From Convolutriloba macropyga (lineage: Eukaryota), in assembly GCF_964194025.1 (NCBI RefSeq), contig NC_134474.1, positions 21,576,001-21,640,000 on the forward strand: a DNA stretch of 64,000 nt, read 5' to 3'. Under the pieces are notes generated by a model. That model ran no database searches and was not told the DNA's origin. It saw only the letters and a program-made list of their open reading frames with translations. Positions 24,099 to 38,700 of this stretch are shown here, piece by piece. Positions within the stretch are counted from its first letter, which is position 1; every line of letters starts with the position of its first letter. The position numbers were made by a program, and so were the translations under genes.

Positions 24099-26373
24099 AT
24101 GAGCCGCGTTCTAACTTTATCACCCACAAAGCGCAGTACAGTCAAATTGGAGTACCATTTTCCAGGCTATGCCGGAGCCAAGCTCGCCAGCGCACACTTA
24201 TCATTGCCCGCAAATTCTTCACTAGCATCATGTGCCCAAGTCGAATACGGGTTGTATTTTGTTCTGGACAACGGCGACCAGTGTTTACTGGGGAAGTTCT
24301 CTCAGAACAACTGTACGACTAAGTTAGAATTTTCAAGCTATAGTGATTTTTCGTTGAAGTTGCTTCCTATCGATACTTCTAATGGGAATGAAGTGGAGCA
24401 TGATAGCGAGTTGAGCAAAGATCTATCTGATCTAAATGCTAAAAGTGTCTCAATGACTATTTTGTGCCATCCTATTGAAAAATTGTCTCATAATGTCCAA
24501 ATGTTTACGTATATGGAAACGTACAAGCTGTCATCGCATGCAAATGCGGTAACAGTTGATTCGCAATTACAAAACTATGAAGTTTATCTTGAAAAAATTT
24601 TTCTATCTCAAATTGGAAATTATTCTCAAAATTTGAGCGCTTTTTTGTACGTGTTGCTACCCGATATGCAGGAAAAATTTTGTGTCGGAGAAATTAAGAG
24701 CGGACTTTTGAGCTCTAATATTGGAGTTTTGGTTCCGAAAGGAGCTACAATTGAAGTCAAGGTTCAAAACCCAGAAAATTTACGACAGGAAATATCCGGA
24801 AATCATTATGATTCGGAGTCAAATATTAGCTCGAGTGGAGCCCTGTCGGATTCTGAAACTTCTTTTGCCGAAACAGAAATCAAGCTTTTGTTTATTGTTT
24901 CAAACAACTCTGGAAATGTTTCCTCTAATCGTTATTTGATTTTGAAGAATTACCAATCAAATGCAATCGATTTCTGCCCAGAAACTGAAGAATCCTTTCG
25001 AGTCACAAAGTTGGCTTTAGCTTTTCAAGAAAACGAGAGCTTGAATGCCAAATGCTACCTTAAAGCTACTTTGAATGCTAAATTTGGAACAATTTTAACG
25101 GAAGTCAGGAAAGCCAAGCCATTTGCATTCATAGACGAAGAATTTTGTTCTTCTATATCGTTGGGCTTATGTTGTCCTGAAGATTTTGAACTTTCGGATA
25201 TGCGCGAACCAATAAATGGTATAGTGTTTTACGAAGTGAAGCCTACTAAAACGACAGAAACTTTTGAGTCTTGTTTGACTTGTAAAGACGTTGACAAGCT
25301 GTTTTCGACTTTCCTAAAGATAAGAGACAAATTTTCTGCAGATGTTGCTTACATGAGAGAAAATTGTCTGTTTGGCTGTGATACTTTAATTATCGGTGAT
25401 TCCATACTGCGATACGTCGACCCTTCACTTCTTAATGGAAATGTCTACGTCCAATCGTTAGGAGGCTGTACAATTGAACAACTCGATTACATAATCACAG
25501 TTTTGTCTCTTGAGAACCTGAAAAGGTTGATTGTTCATATCGGTGTTAATAACACACACGGGTTCAACAACATATGCAATGTTAGCGAACAGGCTGAGAA
25601 ATACAGAGCGTTAGTTAAAAAGTGCAAGCTCAGGGCGCCAAATGCTAAATTGTACCTATCAGGAATTGTCGCTAGATTTGATAAAACGTACTGCAATCAA
25701 TGGGTTTCGAACCTCAACAATGAAATTGTAAGGCTGTGTAACGAGGATCCTTCTTTAACCTTCATAAATAACAGATCGGTGGCCTACGATTTTCAGGGTC
25801 AGAAAATCGGCCCAAATTATACTCACGACAATCTTCATATTTCGGAGAAGGGAACCAGAGTGCTGTTGTGTAGCATAAATTCAGTGACAAAGATATCAGA
25901 TTTCTTGCCTGACTTAGTCGAAACTGCATCGTCAAATGACTCGTATGTTACAGCTATTGATGATTCAATTTCGTCCACTACGTCACGGAACAATTCCTCT
26001 GCTGTTTTCCAGCAAACTTATTTCTACCAAATGGGTGATAATAAAAACAAAAATGCGTCAGCCAAAACTTTTGAATCCGGAAACAAAACTACTTCAACTC
26101 CTGGCAATCATAACCAGATGTCGAAGAAAAATAGGAAGAAAAACAAGCAGAAGCAAAGGTTGGGGTGGGGTGAATTGGACGTTCTTGGATCAGGTTGGTC
26201 TAATTCGACTTCAGCGATATCAAGTGCTGCAGAGGATGAGCCAAAACTAAGTTGCGAAGGAGTTGCTGCAAGCACAGGTGTTGTACATTCTGCAGGTGAT
26301 AGCGTGGTTGTTTCAACTGTTGCAGAGCCAGTAGTTAATGATATTGAAGAGACTGAAACTAAAAATATTCAAG
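24099..26373 (+). CDS. Exon 1 of uncharacterised ~955-aa protein: 3 putative nucleoplasmin-like repeats + SGNH/GDSL hydrolase
   Basis: 808-aa open frame with SGNH blocks IIGDS (GDS at 25395), SLGG, HIGVNN and DNLH (~25827). It ends at donor CAAG|GTGAGT, phase 1. The start could instead be ATG 24039 or 24048. Confidence 0.88.
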
Positions 26374-27402
26374 GTGAGTTTCAATTCAATTTGATGACCA
26401 GCGTAGAAGCTTAAAGTTTCGTAATTCTCGTTTTCTTGGTCTTTACCACGAGGCCGCATCAACCATGATTAATCTCGGAGAAAACATGGAACGTAGTAGT
26501 AAATTCTTTTAAATAGACTTACCTCTTCATCCTTCTAGTTGTAATCGGGTCAAGATTGATCCAAATTAAGTGTTTCTATTGCATATGGTTCGAAATATGA
26601 CAGTGCGGTTCGGAAAACACGGATACATAAACCTATTTGAAGATCGTTTTTTTTCAACGTTGCATCATGAGGGTTGAAAACATTGTGCTACGCGTCCTGA
26701 ATTTTTTGGTTAAGTCAATTTTAGCCGAACGATATCTTCTGCGGAGCGACCCAACAGTGATATTATTGAGAAGCATACGCAACCAGCATGGGCAACCCCA
26801 TCGAGCCGACCCCCACATTCCGCGCCTCCCCCTCCAGTACACCCCATCCACCCACTGTTATAAGTTAAGTTGTAATTTGAAATTACAACAAATGGCAGCA
26901 AGTGCTTGCTAGAAGAAACTATCAGAACTAGGAACATCAAGGCTGTTTGGCTCCTTTTGGGGCCCCCGCTCATCTACATTTTTCACTTAATTGTCTACCA
27001 AATGAGGAAATGATAAAAAAAATTAACATATCAACATATCGTTCAACAAACTACTAAAAGAATAAAACAATCTACCCTAGAGGGCTCATGAGACCTGTGG
27101 CTACAATAATATGACTACCAGAAAAGACGGCAATAAAAATCAAATAGCTACAAATATTAATTACGACCAAAACTCCATGTCCATTTTTTGAAAACAACTA
27201 ATAACCAAATCAAAATGGCATCAGATAAAATTTATACTAAGAGGATTAACCGGTACTTTTTTGGAACAATATATGGGACTTTTCCTCAATGCGACTTGGC
27301 AACAAGTCGACTAGAACTGTGAAAAAGGGGCAAAGTTTATTAAAACATTGCTTTTTTTCTAAAAAAGAATTAAATTCGAACTGATCAGAAACATTACGCA
27401 TC

Positions 27403-30400
27403 AAATGAAATCATTGAGAGAGTCTTTTAAACCTCAATAGAGAGCGACTGAGGCCTTTCATCATCCAGGATATGTCATACGACTACAAAAAGAACGACAA
27501 ATACAGGCAAAAACGAAAAATTTGCACGAAAAATTATGCACGAAAACGATGTCCCCCCAATCAATTAAATATTAAGCTGATCACTGAAAACAATAAAAAT
27601 CTTCTTTTGCATTTTTTGCAGGTGACAACAATTGTAAATCAAATGACGCCCATTATTGTGATACTGTGAAAATAAAACAAAAACCTACAAAAATGGGGCA
27701 AATATACGCAAAAATCACGAAAATTGGTTTTATGAAAACTGGTTGTTCCAAGAAGAAAGATCTTTTGAGGAAAATAAAACCTTTTTGAAAAGCACACTGT
27801 ATTTCAATAGTTAAATGATGTGAATTGTATATAGAGATGCGTAGCTACTATTTAACAGAAATAAAATTGGCAGATCTCAAAAATCTATCACTTTTTAATT
27901 TCAAAACAAATATTTTCAAAATTCATAGCCAACAAAAGTTTTCAACTAAAAGAGTAGACAGTTTGTCTTGCAACTACTTGGAAAACTAACGCGACTGTTT
28001 TTAATGAGACTATATAATAAGACTATAAAATAACATTAAATACAAGCTCAACTGATAAGTTTCACAAACAACTTTATCAAACCACAGTTTTGAAGCCATT
28101 AAATTTATAAGATATTAACCGCGAGAATATAACATCTTCATTTGCGTCTTCTTTGATCATCATAACGTCTTTTTGTTAAACGACTATCACAAAATGACAA
28201 CAAAAAGAACCACAAAAACTGAAAAGTGACTAAACTTCACAATAGTCTGCTGAAACAAATTGTGTAAGCCCTGAAGACATCATTTAAACGTTTAAACAAC
28301 AGAAAATTTATTGTTTGATTCAACAAAACATTAAAAACTAAACAATGAGGCTAATTTACGAAAATGATACAGTATAGTAAAATACGAAGAAAAAAACGCA
28401 AACCAGAACAAAAAGTGATCTATTATTCTTTTTTTAGAAATTTTATTCGAAAGTCAAAATAATCATTAGCTATCTACCGATATCAAATATTAAGTTCATT
28501 TGTTTATCTTTAGTTGGCCACTGAGACCTTTAATTACACAATATTTGGCATATGACAACAAAAATTAACAAATAAAGGGCAAAAATAAAAATTTCTAACC
28601 AATTTCTGCAAGAGAACGGTGTCGCAGCCCTTTGAACCGTATGTTATGAAAACAAAAAATATGTTCAGTTTCAAATCATGTAAAGTTTTTTTCAGTTAGA
28701 TTGTTAAATAATGTGACAATTTACAAAAGAAACAAAAACAACAGCAAAAATGGGCAATTATGCACAAAAATCAGAAAATTTTGAATGAAAACTCGTAGTA
28801 CCAAAGGCAAGAAAATCTTCTGCTAAAACAATCGGCCACAAAATTAGTTTTTATTCAATAAGGAGGAAAGGGTGACCTTTACTTCCTGAAAATAAGCAAA
28901 ATCTTGACTAAAATAATACAAAAAATTGACAAGTTCAAAAAATCACAGAAATTTCCTTAAAACAAATACTTTCAATAACATAAGAGACATTAGGTAACAA
29001 CCGAATGAATAGAAATGGTTCACCTGCAAATGTTGAGGAAGAAATGTAGATCATTGAGTGGTTAAACTTAAAAATCACACTGCCAAAAAAATAACAATTG
29101 AAGGCAAATATAAGAATTCAGTTAAATTTTACTAAAACTCTTCCTCAAAGCCTTAAAAACCCTTTGGTTCTCTGAAAACAAACTGTATCTACATTTAGCC
29201 TCAAATTTACGTAAATTGTAGCTATCATTAACGGAGCCGTGAATAAAAAGTATTGTCGGTAATTAACATTAAAAAAACAAAAGCAAAATATTTTGAAAAA
29301 AGGCAGCATCAAAATAAAAACCAAAAAGTCTCTGATTCTAAGAATCCATGATATTATCGAACCTCTTCCTGGTTTTGTCGCGCGCCCAGAAAACCGACCA
29401 AGTTTTCCAAGTTTTTGCGAATTAGACCAATTGTTGAGTGGTGTTCTTCAAATATTAAAAAAAACAAATGAAATCATTGAGTCTTTTAAACCTCAATAGA
29501 GAGCGATTGAGGCCTTTCATCATCCAGGATATGTCATACGACTACAAAAAGAACGACAAATACAGGCAAAAACGAAAAATTTGCACGAAAAATTATGCAC
29601 GAAAACGATGTCCCCCCAATCAATTAAATATTAAGCTGATCACTGAAAACAATAAAAATCTTCTTTTGCATTTTTTGCAGGTGACAACAATTGTAAATCA
29701 AATGACGCCCATTATTGTGATACTGTGAAAATAAAACAAAAACCTACAAAAATGGGGCAAATATACGCAAAAATCACGAAAATTGGTTTGATGAAAACTG
29801 GTTGTTCCAAGAAGAAAGATCTTTTGAGGAAAATAAAACCTTTATCAAAAGCACACTGTATTTCACTAGTTAAATGATGTGAATTGTATATAGAGATGCG
29901 TAGCTACTATTTAACAGAAATAAAAATGGCAGATCTCAAAAATCTATCACTTTTTTTTCAAAACAAATATTTTCAAAATTCATAGCCAACAAAAGCTTTC
30001 AACTAAAAGAGTAGACAGTTTGTCTTGCAACTACTTGGAAAACTAACGCGACTGTTTTTAATGAGACTATATAATAAGACTATAAAATAACATTAAATAC
30101 AAGCTGAACTAATAAGTTTCACAAACAACTTTATCAAACCACAGTTTTGAAGCCATTAAATTTATAAGATATTAACCGCGAGAATATAACATCTTCATTT
30201 GCGTCTTCTTTGATCATCATAACGTCTTTTTGTTAAACGACTATCACAAAATGACAACAAAAAGAACCACAAAAACTGAAAAGTGACTAAACTTCACAAT
30301 AGTCTGCTGAAACAAATTGTCTAAGCCCTGAAGACATCATTTAAACGTTTAAACAACAGAAAATTTATTGTTTGATTCAACAAAACATTAAAAAGAGCTC

Positions 30401-33400
30401 TAAACAATGAGGCTAATTTACGAAAATGATACAGTATAGTAAAATACGAAGGAAAAAACGCAAACCAGAACTAAAAGTGATCGATTACTCTTTTTTAGAA
30501 ATTTTATTCGAAAGTCAAAATAACCATTAGCTATCTACCGATATCAGATATTAAGTTTATTTGTTTATCTTTAGTTGGCCACTGAGACCTTTAATTACAC
30601 AATATTTGGCATATGACAACAAAAATTAACAACAAATAAAGGGCAAAAATAAAAAACTCTAACCAATTTCTGCAAAAGAACGGTGTCGCAGCCCTTCGAA
30701 CCGTATGTTATGAAAACAAAAAATATGTTCAGTTTCAAATGATGTAAAGTTTTTTTCAGTTAGATTGTTAAATAATGTGACAATTTACAAAAGAAACAAA
30801 AACAACAGCAAAAATGGGCAATTATGCACAAAAATCAGAACTTTGAATGAAAACTCGTAGTACCAAAGGCAAGAAAATCTGCTAAGACAATCGGCCACAA
30901 AATTAGTTTTTTTTTCAATAAGGAGGAACGGGTGACCTTTACTTCCTGAAAATAAGCAAAATGTTGACTAAAATAATACAAAAAATTGACAATTTCAAAA
31001 AATCACAAGAAATTTCCTTAAAACAAATACTTTCAATAACATAGACATTAGGTTACAACCGAATGAATAGAAAAGGTTCACCTGCAACTGTTGAGGAAGA
31101 AATGTAGATCATTGAGTGGTTAAACTTAAAAATCACACTGCCAAAAAAATAACAATTGAAAGCAAAGATAAGAATTCAGTTAAATTTCACTAAAACTCTT
31201 CCTCAAAGCCATAAAAACCCTTTGGTTCTCTGAAAACAAACTGTATCTACATTCAGCCTCAAATTTACGTAAATTATAGCTGTCATTAACGGAGCCGTGA
31301 ATAAAAAGTATTGTCGGTAATTAACATTAAAAAAACAAAAGCAAAATATTTTGAAAAAAGGCAGCATCAAAATAAAAACCAAAAAATCTCTGATTCTAAG
31401 AATCCATGATATTATCGAACCTCTTCCTGGTTTTGTCGCGCGCCCAGCAAACCGACCAAGTGTTCCAAGTGTTTGCAAATTAGACCAATTGGTGAGTGGA
31501 GTTCTTCAAATAAAAAAAATGACATCATTGAGTCTTTTAAACCTCAATAGAGAGCGATTGAGGCCTTTCATCATCCAGGATATGTCATACGATTACAAAA
31601 AGAACGACAAATACAGGCAAAAACGAAAAATTTGCACGAAAAATTATGCACGAAAACGATGTCCCCCAATCAATTAAATATTAAGCTGATCACTGAAAAC
31701 AATAAAAATCTTCTTTTGCATTTTTTGCTGGTGACAACAATTGTAAATCAAATGACGCCCATTATTGTGATACTGTGAAAATAAAACAAAAACCTACAAA
31801 AATGGGGCAAATATACGCAAAAATCACGAAAATTGGTTTTATGAAAACTGGTTGTTCCAAGAAGAAAGATCTTTTGAGGAAAATAAAACCTTTTTGAAAA
31901 GCACACTGTATTTCAATAGTTAAATGATGTGAATTGTATATAGAGATGCGTAGCTACTATTTAACAGAAATAAAATTGGCAGATCTCAAAAATCTATCAC
32001 TTTTTTTTCAAAACAAATATTTTCAAAATTCATAGCCAACAAAAGCTTTCAACTAAAAGAGTAGACAGTTTGTCTTGCATTTACTTGGCAAACTAACGCG
32101 ACTATTTTTAATGAGACTATATAATAAGACTATAAAATAACATTAAATACAAGCTGAACTAATAAGTTTCACAAACAACTTTATCAAACCACAGTTTTGA
32201 AGCCATTAAATTTATAAGATTTTAACCGCAAGAATATAACGTCTTCATTTGCGTCTTCTTTGATCATCATAACGTCTTTTTGTTAAACGACTATCACAAA
32301 ATGACAACAAAAAGAACCACAAAAACTGAAAATTGACTAAACTTCACAATAGTCTGCTGAAACAAATTGTCTAAGCCCTGAAGACATCATTTAAGCGTTT
32401 AAACAACAGAAAATTTTTTGTTTGATTCAACAAAACATTAAAAACAGCTCTAAACAATGAGGCTAATTTACGAAAATGATACAATATAGTAAAATACGAA
32501 GAAAAAAACGCAAACCAGAACTAAAAGTGATCGATTACTCTTTTTTAGAAATTTTATTCGAAAGTCAAAATAACCATTAGCTATCTACCGATATCAGATA
32601 TTAAGTTTATTTGTTTATCTTTAGTTGGCCACTGAGACCTTTAATTACACAATATTTGGCATATGACAACAAAAATTAACAACAAATAAAGGGCAAAAAT
32701 AAAAATTTCTAACCAATTTCTGCAAGAGAACGGTGTCGCAGCCCTTCGAACCGTACGTTATGAAAACAAAAAATATGTTCAGTTTCAAATGATGTAAAGT
32801 TTTTTTCAGTTAGATTGTTAAATAATGTGACAATTTACAAAAGAAACAAAAACAACAGCAAAAAATTGGGCAATTATGCACAAAAATCAGAACTTTGAAT
32901 GAAAACTCGTAGTACCAAAGGCAAGAAAATCTTCTGCTAAAACAATCGGCCACAAAATTAGTTTTTATTCAATAAGGACGAAAGGGTGACCTTTACTTCC
33001 TGAAAATAAGCAAAATGTTGACTAAAATAATTCAAAAAATTGTTAAGTTCAAAAAATCAAAAGAAATTTCCTTAAAACAAATACTTCCAATAACATAAGA
33101 GACATTAGGTAACAACCGAATGAATAGAAAAGGTTCACCTGCAACTGTTGAGGAAGAAATGTAGATCATTGAGTGGTTAAACTTAAAAATCACACTGCCA
33201 AAAAAGTAACAATTGAAAGCAAAGATAAGAATTCAGTTAAATTTCACTAAAACTCTTCCTCAAAGCCATAAAAACCCTTTGGTTCTCTGAAAACAAACTG
33301 TATCTACATTCAGCCTCAAATTTACGTAAATTATAGCTGTCATTAACGGAGCCGTGAATAAAAAGTATTGTCGGTAATTAACATTAAAAGAACAAAAGCA

Positions 33401-33581
33401 AAATATTTTGAAAAAAGGCAGCATCAAAATAAAAACCAAAAAATCTCTGATTCTAAGAATCCATGATATTATCGAACCTCTTCCTGGTTTTGTCGCGCGC
33501 CCAGCAAACCGACCAAGTGTTCCAAGTGTTTGCGAATTAGACCAATTGTTGAGTGGAATTCTTCAAATATTAAAAAAAAAC
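27403..33581. repeat. Tandem array of three ~2.06-kb A-rich units within intron 1 of the SGNH gene
   Basis: ATGTCATACGA recurs at 27472, 29531 and 31582. The same short ORFs recur at 29293, 31351 and 33408. Confidence 0.96.
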
Positions 33582-34837
33582 AACGATGCATTTTGTATAA
33601 TTGTCAAGTTAAATCTGCAAAAAATGGCCATGTTTTAGTTCCAGAAGATTGTCATACGGCCCTAATTGCAACCAGCGCCGCTCTTTTGCAGAATAGGGGG
33701 TTTGTTTTGAATTTTCTAGGTCACTAAGTCTGGCAAACTTTAACAAAGTGGACCAAAAAAAGCAAATTTTGTTCCATTTTTGATGAAAAAAAGTTTGAAT
33801 TTTGAAAATTTATCAAAAATTTTAGCCAAAAAAATTCAATCAAACAATTCAGCAACGCTCTTCTATCTCTAACGGTAACAAAAACAATCGGTGTTAAAAA
33901 TTTTAACTTATTTTGAATTATATTAGCGAAATCGTGCCAAATTTTAGCAAAAATTACTGAAAATGTGAACAAAAACAGTCGAATGTTCACAAAACTTTAA
34001 ACCTCGATAACTCCCTGTTAAAAACGAAATCGAAAAAATCTTTTTAATTCCGTATTCTACGCTGGACGGGCTTTTTAATGATACCACTCACAATTCTCTA
34101 CGATGAATATATCGATCGGCCAAAATTGACTGAACAAAAAAAACCCAGTTGAGTATATAGTTCCTCCCTCCCCACTAAAGTGGGGGTCGGAACAATAAAA
34201 ATGGCGCTGGAAAATCGTTCAAATATCCGTGGTTTTTGGCAGAAAAGTTTGATGTAACTATCCGAACTTTAAAAGCCCATTTAACTTTCTACACAGTTTT
34301 GGATATTTCTTGGCTGTTAAATTTTAAAGAAGACGGCTCCAAACGTTGTGAATCAGGAAATACGCAAAATTTTTGTTCTTCCCTTCCTTAAAAATTCGCA
34401 GTCGAGATCTTACGTCTCTATATAGAGAATTGGAATTAAAAGTTATTGTTTTGAATACAAAATCATCTTGTGGTTGTAAAATGCTGACTGATTGCTTGAA
34501 TCATACTAGAGAAATTAAGTTTGAAAGAATGAAATTTTTGTAAAACAAAATCAAAAATGCAAAAGCTTTATTAGCTGGAATGTGATTTATCTAACAGTCC
34601 CGGTAGCTCGAGTATGGAGGCAATTATCTGTTTTTTAAAGAAAAGTTACAAGTAGAACAATTTTGTTTGATTGCACTGGACAGAAAATGCATTTCATAAA
34701 CTATAAGTTTGGAAACTTTAAGAGCTACAGAGTGTGTTTTTGAACTAGGAAGCCGCAAAACCATGAATTGAAGAAACAGTTGTAACAATTCTATTTTGTG
34801 GCTCGCCCACATTCCTGATTCTCCTTGTTATGCTTAG

Positions 34838-35092
34838 AACCCATAGCTGACTTGCTGAGCTTTGAAGAGGCCACTACACCCGTGCAACCTATGACGGAGT
34901 CAGTAGAAAATCTGAGTCTGTCTCAAGAAGATTTGTTGGACTCGGAGGACAAATCGGAAGTTTCCTCTGTGGCTAACGACACCGAGACTGGTAGTGAAAT
35001 CATGCCAACTGGTGGATCTGAGAAAGGTGCGAAAAAGAAAGGAGGCAAGAGAAGTGCTACTAAAAGGAGCAACAGTGATCTGGGGCAAAATG
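34838..35092 (+). CDS. Exon 2 of the SGNH gene (acidic then Lys-rich, disordered)
   Basis: Acceptor GCTTAG| (alternative in-frame CATAG| at 34846) and donor AATG|GTAAGT are both phase 1, matching the flanking exons. Confidence 0.82.
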
Positions 35093-35715
35093 GTAAGTGC
35101 TGCATTGATTCATTGTTCAGACGAAGGTAAGTTAGATAACCTCTTTAGAAAAGGGTAAAATTAAAAGGAAAGAAATTTGGCTAAAATGTGTTCCATAAAT
35201 CTGTTTCAAATCATCTTAAAATGACCACTGTTTAATGTCGAACAATATCATCTTAAGAACATCATTGAGCACTTAGCACCGAAAAATGATTATCGAAAAT
35301 TATAGCAAATAGTGAATTCAACATGTTTTTTTATGGAACATTTTAATGGACTTTTTAAAGTGAGTGCCTAGAAATGTACTCTTGACACTGTTACCACAGG
35401 AGTAGTTGTAATGATTTGTTTGATTATGGTGAGAGGTTGATGATTGCTTTTAGGCATGCGAATCGCGGGGACTTTTTTGGACTGGTATTGGTTGAATAAT
35501 TCGGGTGGCGCCTCCTCCAACACCACTATCTAAATTTACACTTAGGTAAGCATAAAAAGTATATCTTTAAAATGACTTGTCTCTTTAGAAGCTCTCAGGA
35601 TTCGTAGCTTTAATCTATTAAAAGAGATGCCTTTGAGCTAATTTTTTTATCAAGTGCAAACAACTGATTGAGTTGCGCAATTGGTATAAAAAAGAAAATG
35701 TATGGCTAATTTTCA

Positions 35716-38700
35716 TTAATAGCGGAACCATTTGTAGTTTGAACTCGATTATCAGTGACCATTTGTCGTTCTGACCAGAAACAACTTCAAAAAACAAATT
35801 ATAGGTTAATATTCTCGAGGTAGCCGTTTTTAGGTTAGAATGCTTCGGTTTTTAATAGCTGCGTTAGCAATTCAGGCGGCTATTATTGCGTTTTTTCATG
35901 TTTTTTTTTATAGCTGCGAAGCTGTAAGCTGAGCGAAGTTATATTGCGGTGCTCTTGGTTTTTTACAATTCAAAGAATTTGAATTGTATTGGGGCGCTGT
36001 CTTTTTACGACTCGAAGAGGAGTATTGGAGAAGTCCTTTTTCTATTTAATCAATTTTTGGAGTGAATTTTGAAGCGGGAAATGAAACGCCTGAAAAAATT
36101 TGGAGTGATTTTGTTGCTGACTAAAAGTGAAGAGCGGAGCGAAAAGAGAGCGGTTTTTGTTCATACCGCTGTTTTTGAGAGAGCGAGAAATTGATGTGTG
36201 AAAAAATTTTTTCTAAGCGAGTGAAATTTTTTGTTCACGTGCGGCTTTTAAACTCAGTTTTTTGCAACTTTTGATAGTTATGAGGTTTGATTATGATATT
36301 GTATTAGTTTTAGTTTGTTTTGATAGGAATTGAAGGTTTCAAGTAGTTAATTTGATTTTTAATGCTAATTTGGAGGTTTTTGATCAGTTTTGCTGATTTT
36401 TAGACGAAATTTAACGGTTTTTTACCTGTTTTTTGTTTTACTGCTTTAGGTGGGATTTGAATAGAAGCTTGTTACTCAAGGAATTGTCAGACACCAATTG
36501 ACTAAGGTTTTGTGTGTATAAATCATTTTTTTCTACGGAAAAATGACAAAAAAAATTGAGAAATTTTAAACCATTTTTCTCAATTTTAGCAGTTTTTCTT
36601 TTTTGTCTTACCCACCCTTTTATAACTTGCCCATTGTTTTGCGAGTTTTTCTTTGCTCTAATTGCAAAGGAACCTTATTCGGCTTTATGTTTCCTTGTGC
36701 TATTAAAAAACTCATTTAGTTTTTATAGTTTTTTTTTGTTGAATTTGTTTTTGAATGCCGTTTCTCTTCCTTAATTTTTTATGGCATTTGTGGAGGTTTA
36801 GGGTTCATAATAGTTGTTATAGTTATTTAGTAATAAGTATGGGCAATTTTAGATATAAATCATTTTTTGTTGAGAAATAGGACAAAAAATGGCGAAAATT
36901 GGAACTAGTTTTCTTAATTTTTTTTGCAGTTTTTCGGGTTTTTTGTTTTTTTAAACAATTATCTTCAACTATTATGACTTGTCTATTGTTTTTGCGAGCA
37001 TCTGGATGCCCTATTGTCTGAAAAGAATTTTCTTTGGATTTATATGCTTTTGTAATATTAAGAAATTTACTAACTTTTTCCAGTTTTTTAGTGCAAGTTG
37101 TTTTTAAGAGCTTTTTTCATAATTTGGCCTCAAGTATTTTAGAACATTCACTTGAGTGGTTTTAGTAAGTACTAGTAGTTTTGATGAAATAATTTTGGCA
37201 GAGATAGTTATTTCATGATCTCAAGTTATGACAAAATTTGATCAGATTTTTTATCATATTTTAACAGATTTGATTTTTTTGTTTTTAGTTTTTTGTTTCG
37301 TGGTTTGCTTTCGAGAAAATCATAAATTAGTGGAGGCAAGTTTTTTGCAATCTCATAAGTGGTTTTATTAGTTACTATTTGTATTGATGAAGTAATTGTG
37401 GCAGACATAATTTTTTGGGGTATCAATTTATGACAGAATTTGATCAGATTTTTAATCATATTTTAATAGATATGATTTTTTTTTACTTTTTCTTTTTTGT
37501 ATTTCAAGATAAGCGAAAATTAGTGGAGGCACGTTTTGTCTGATGAGTAGTTGGATGGCGGTTAAATAGATTTTCACTTTGAGTCGTTTCCAGAATTCTT
37601 CCGGCTATGTTTTTTTTAAGATCTGTTCACACATTTTCATGATTTTTGAAGTCAAATTGATTTATATGCTTTTGTAATATTAAGAAATTTACTAACTTTT
37701 TCCAGTTTTTTAGTGCAAGTTGTTTTTAAGAGCTTTTTTCATAATTTGGCCTCAAGTATTTTAGAACATTCACTTGAGTGGTTTTAGTAAGTACTAGTAG
37801 TTTTGATGAAATAATTTTGGCAGAGATAGTTATTTCATGATCTCAAGTTATGACAAAATTTGATCAGATTTTTTATCATATTTTAACAGATTTGATTTTT
37901 TTGTTTTTAGTTTTTTGTTTCGTGGTTTGCTTTCGAGAAAATCATAAATTAGTGGAGGCAAGTTTTTTGTAATCTCATAAGTGGTTTTATTAGTTACTAT
38001 TTGTATTGATGAATTAATTGTGGCAGACATAATTTTTTGGGGTATCAATTTATGACAGAATTTGATCAGATTTTTAATCATATTTTAATAGATATGATTT
38101 TTTTTACTTTTTCTTTTTTGTATTTCATGATAAGCGAAAATTAGTGGAGGCACGTTTTGTCTGATGAGTAGTTGGATGGCGGTTAAATAGATTTTCACTT
38201 TGAGTCGTTTCCAGAGTTCTTCCGGCTATGTTTTTTTTAAGATCTGTTCACACATTTTCATGATTTTTGAAGTCAGTAGTGATTTTGGTCACGCCAAAAC
38301 AGGAAATGGAGTGAAAAAGCGAGTGGTTTTGCGGCGTGAATTTTTTTCACTCTAATTTTAAAGTAGAGTGAGAAAACGGTGTTTGAACAAAAATTCGGTT
38401 TCTCGGTAGGGGTTTTTTGTTCACGTGCGGCAGTTTCACTTTGATTTTTACTGTTTTTTTTTTATTTTTTGGATCGGATTCTTTTTCTAAATGGTTTTCC
38501 CAATCCATTCACAGCTGATTCTGGGCCTAGTTTTTTGTTTGAATTAATTTTTCGTTTCGCGCTAGTGGTTTTTTTGTTCACATGCGGCATTTAGACATTG
38601 ATTGTCTGTTTTTTTATTTTTTCATCTGATTTATTTAAAAATAATTTTCTCAATTCACTCATAGTCCATTTTAGGTCTAGTTTTTCTGTTTAGTCAATGA

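Noticed and set aside
27472-33638. Repeated Lys/Asn-rich short ORFs
   Set aside because: Products of an A-rich intronic tandem repeat, with frameshifts between copies.
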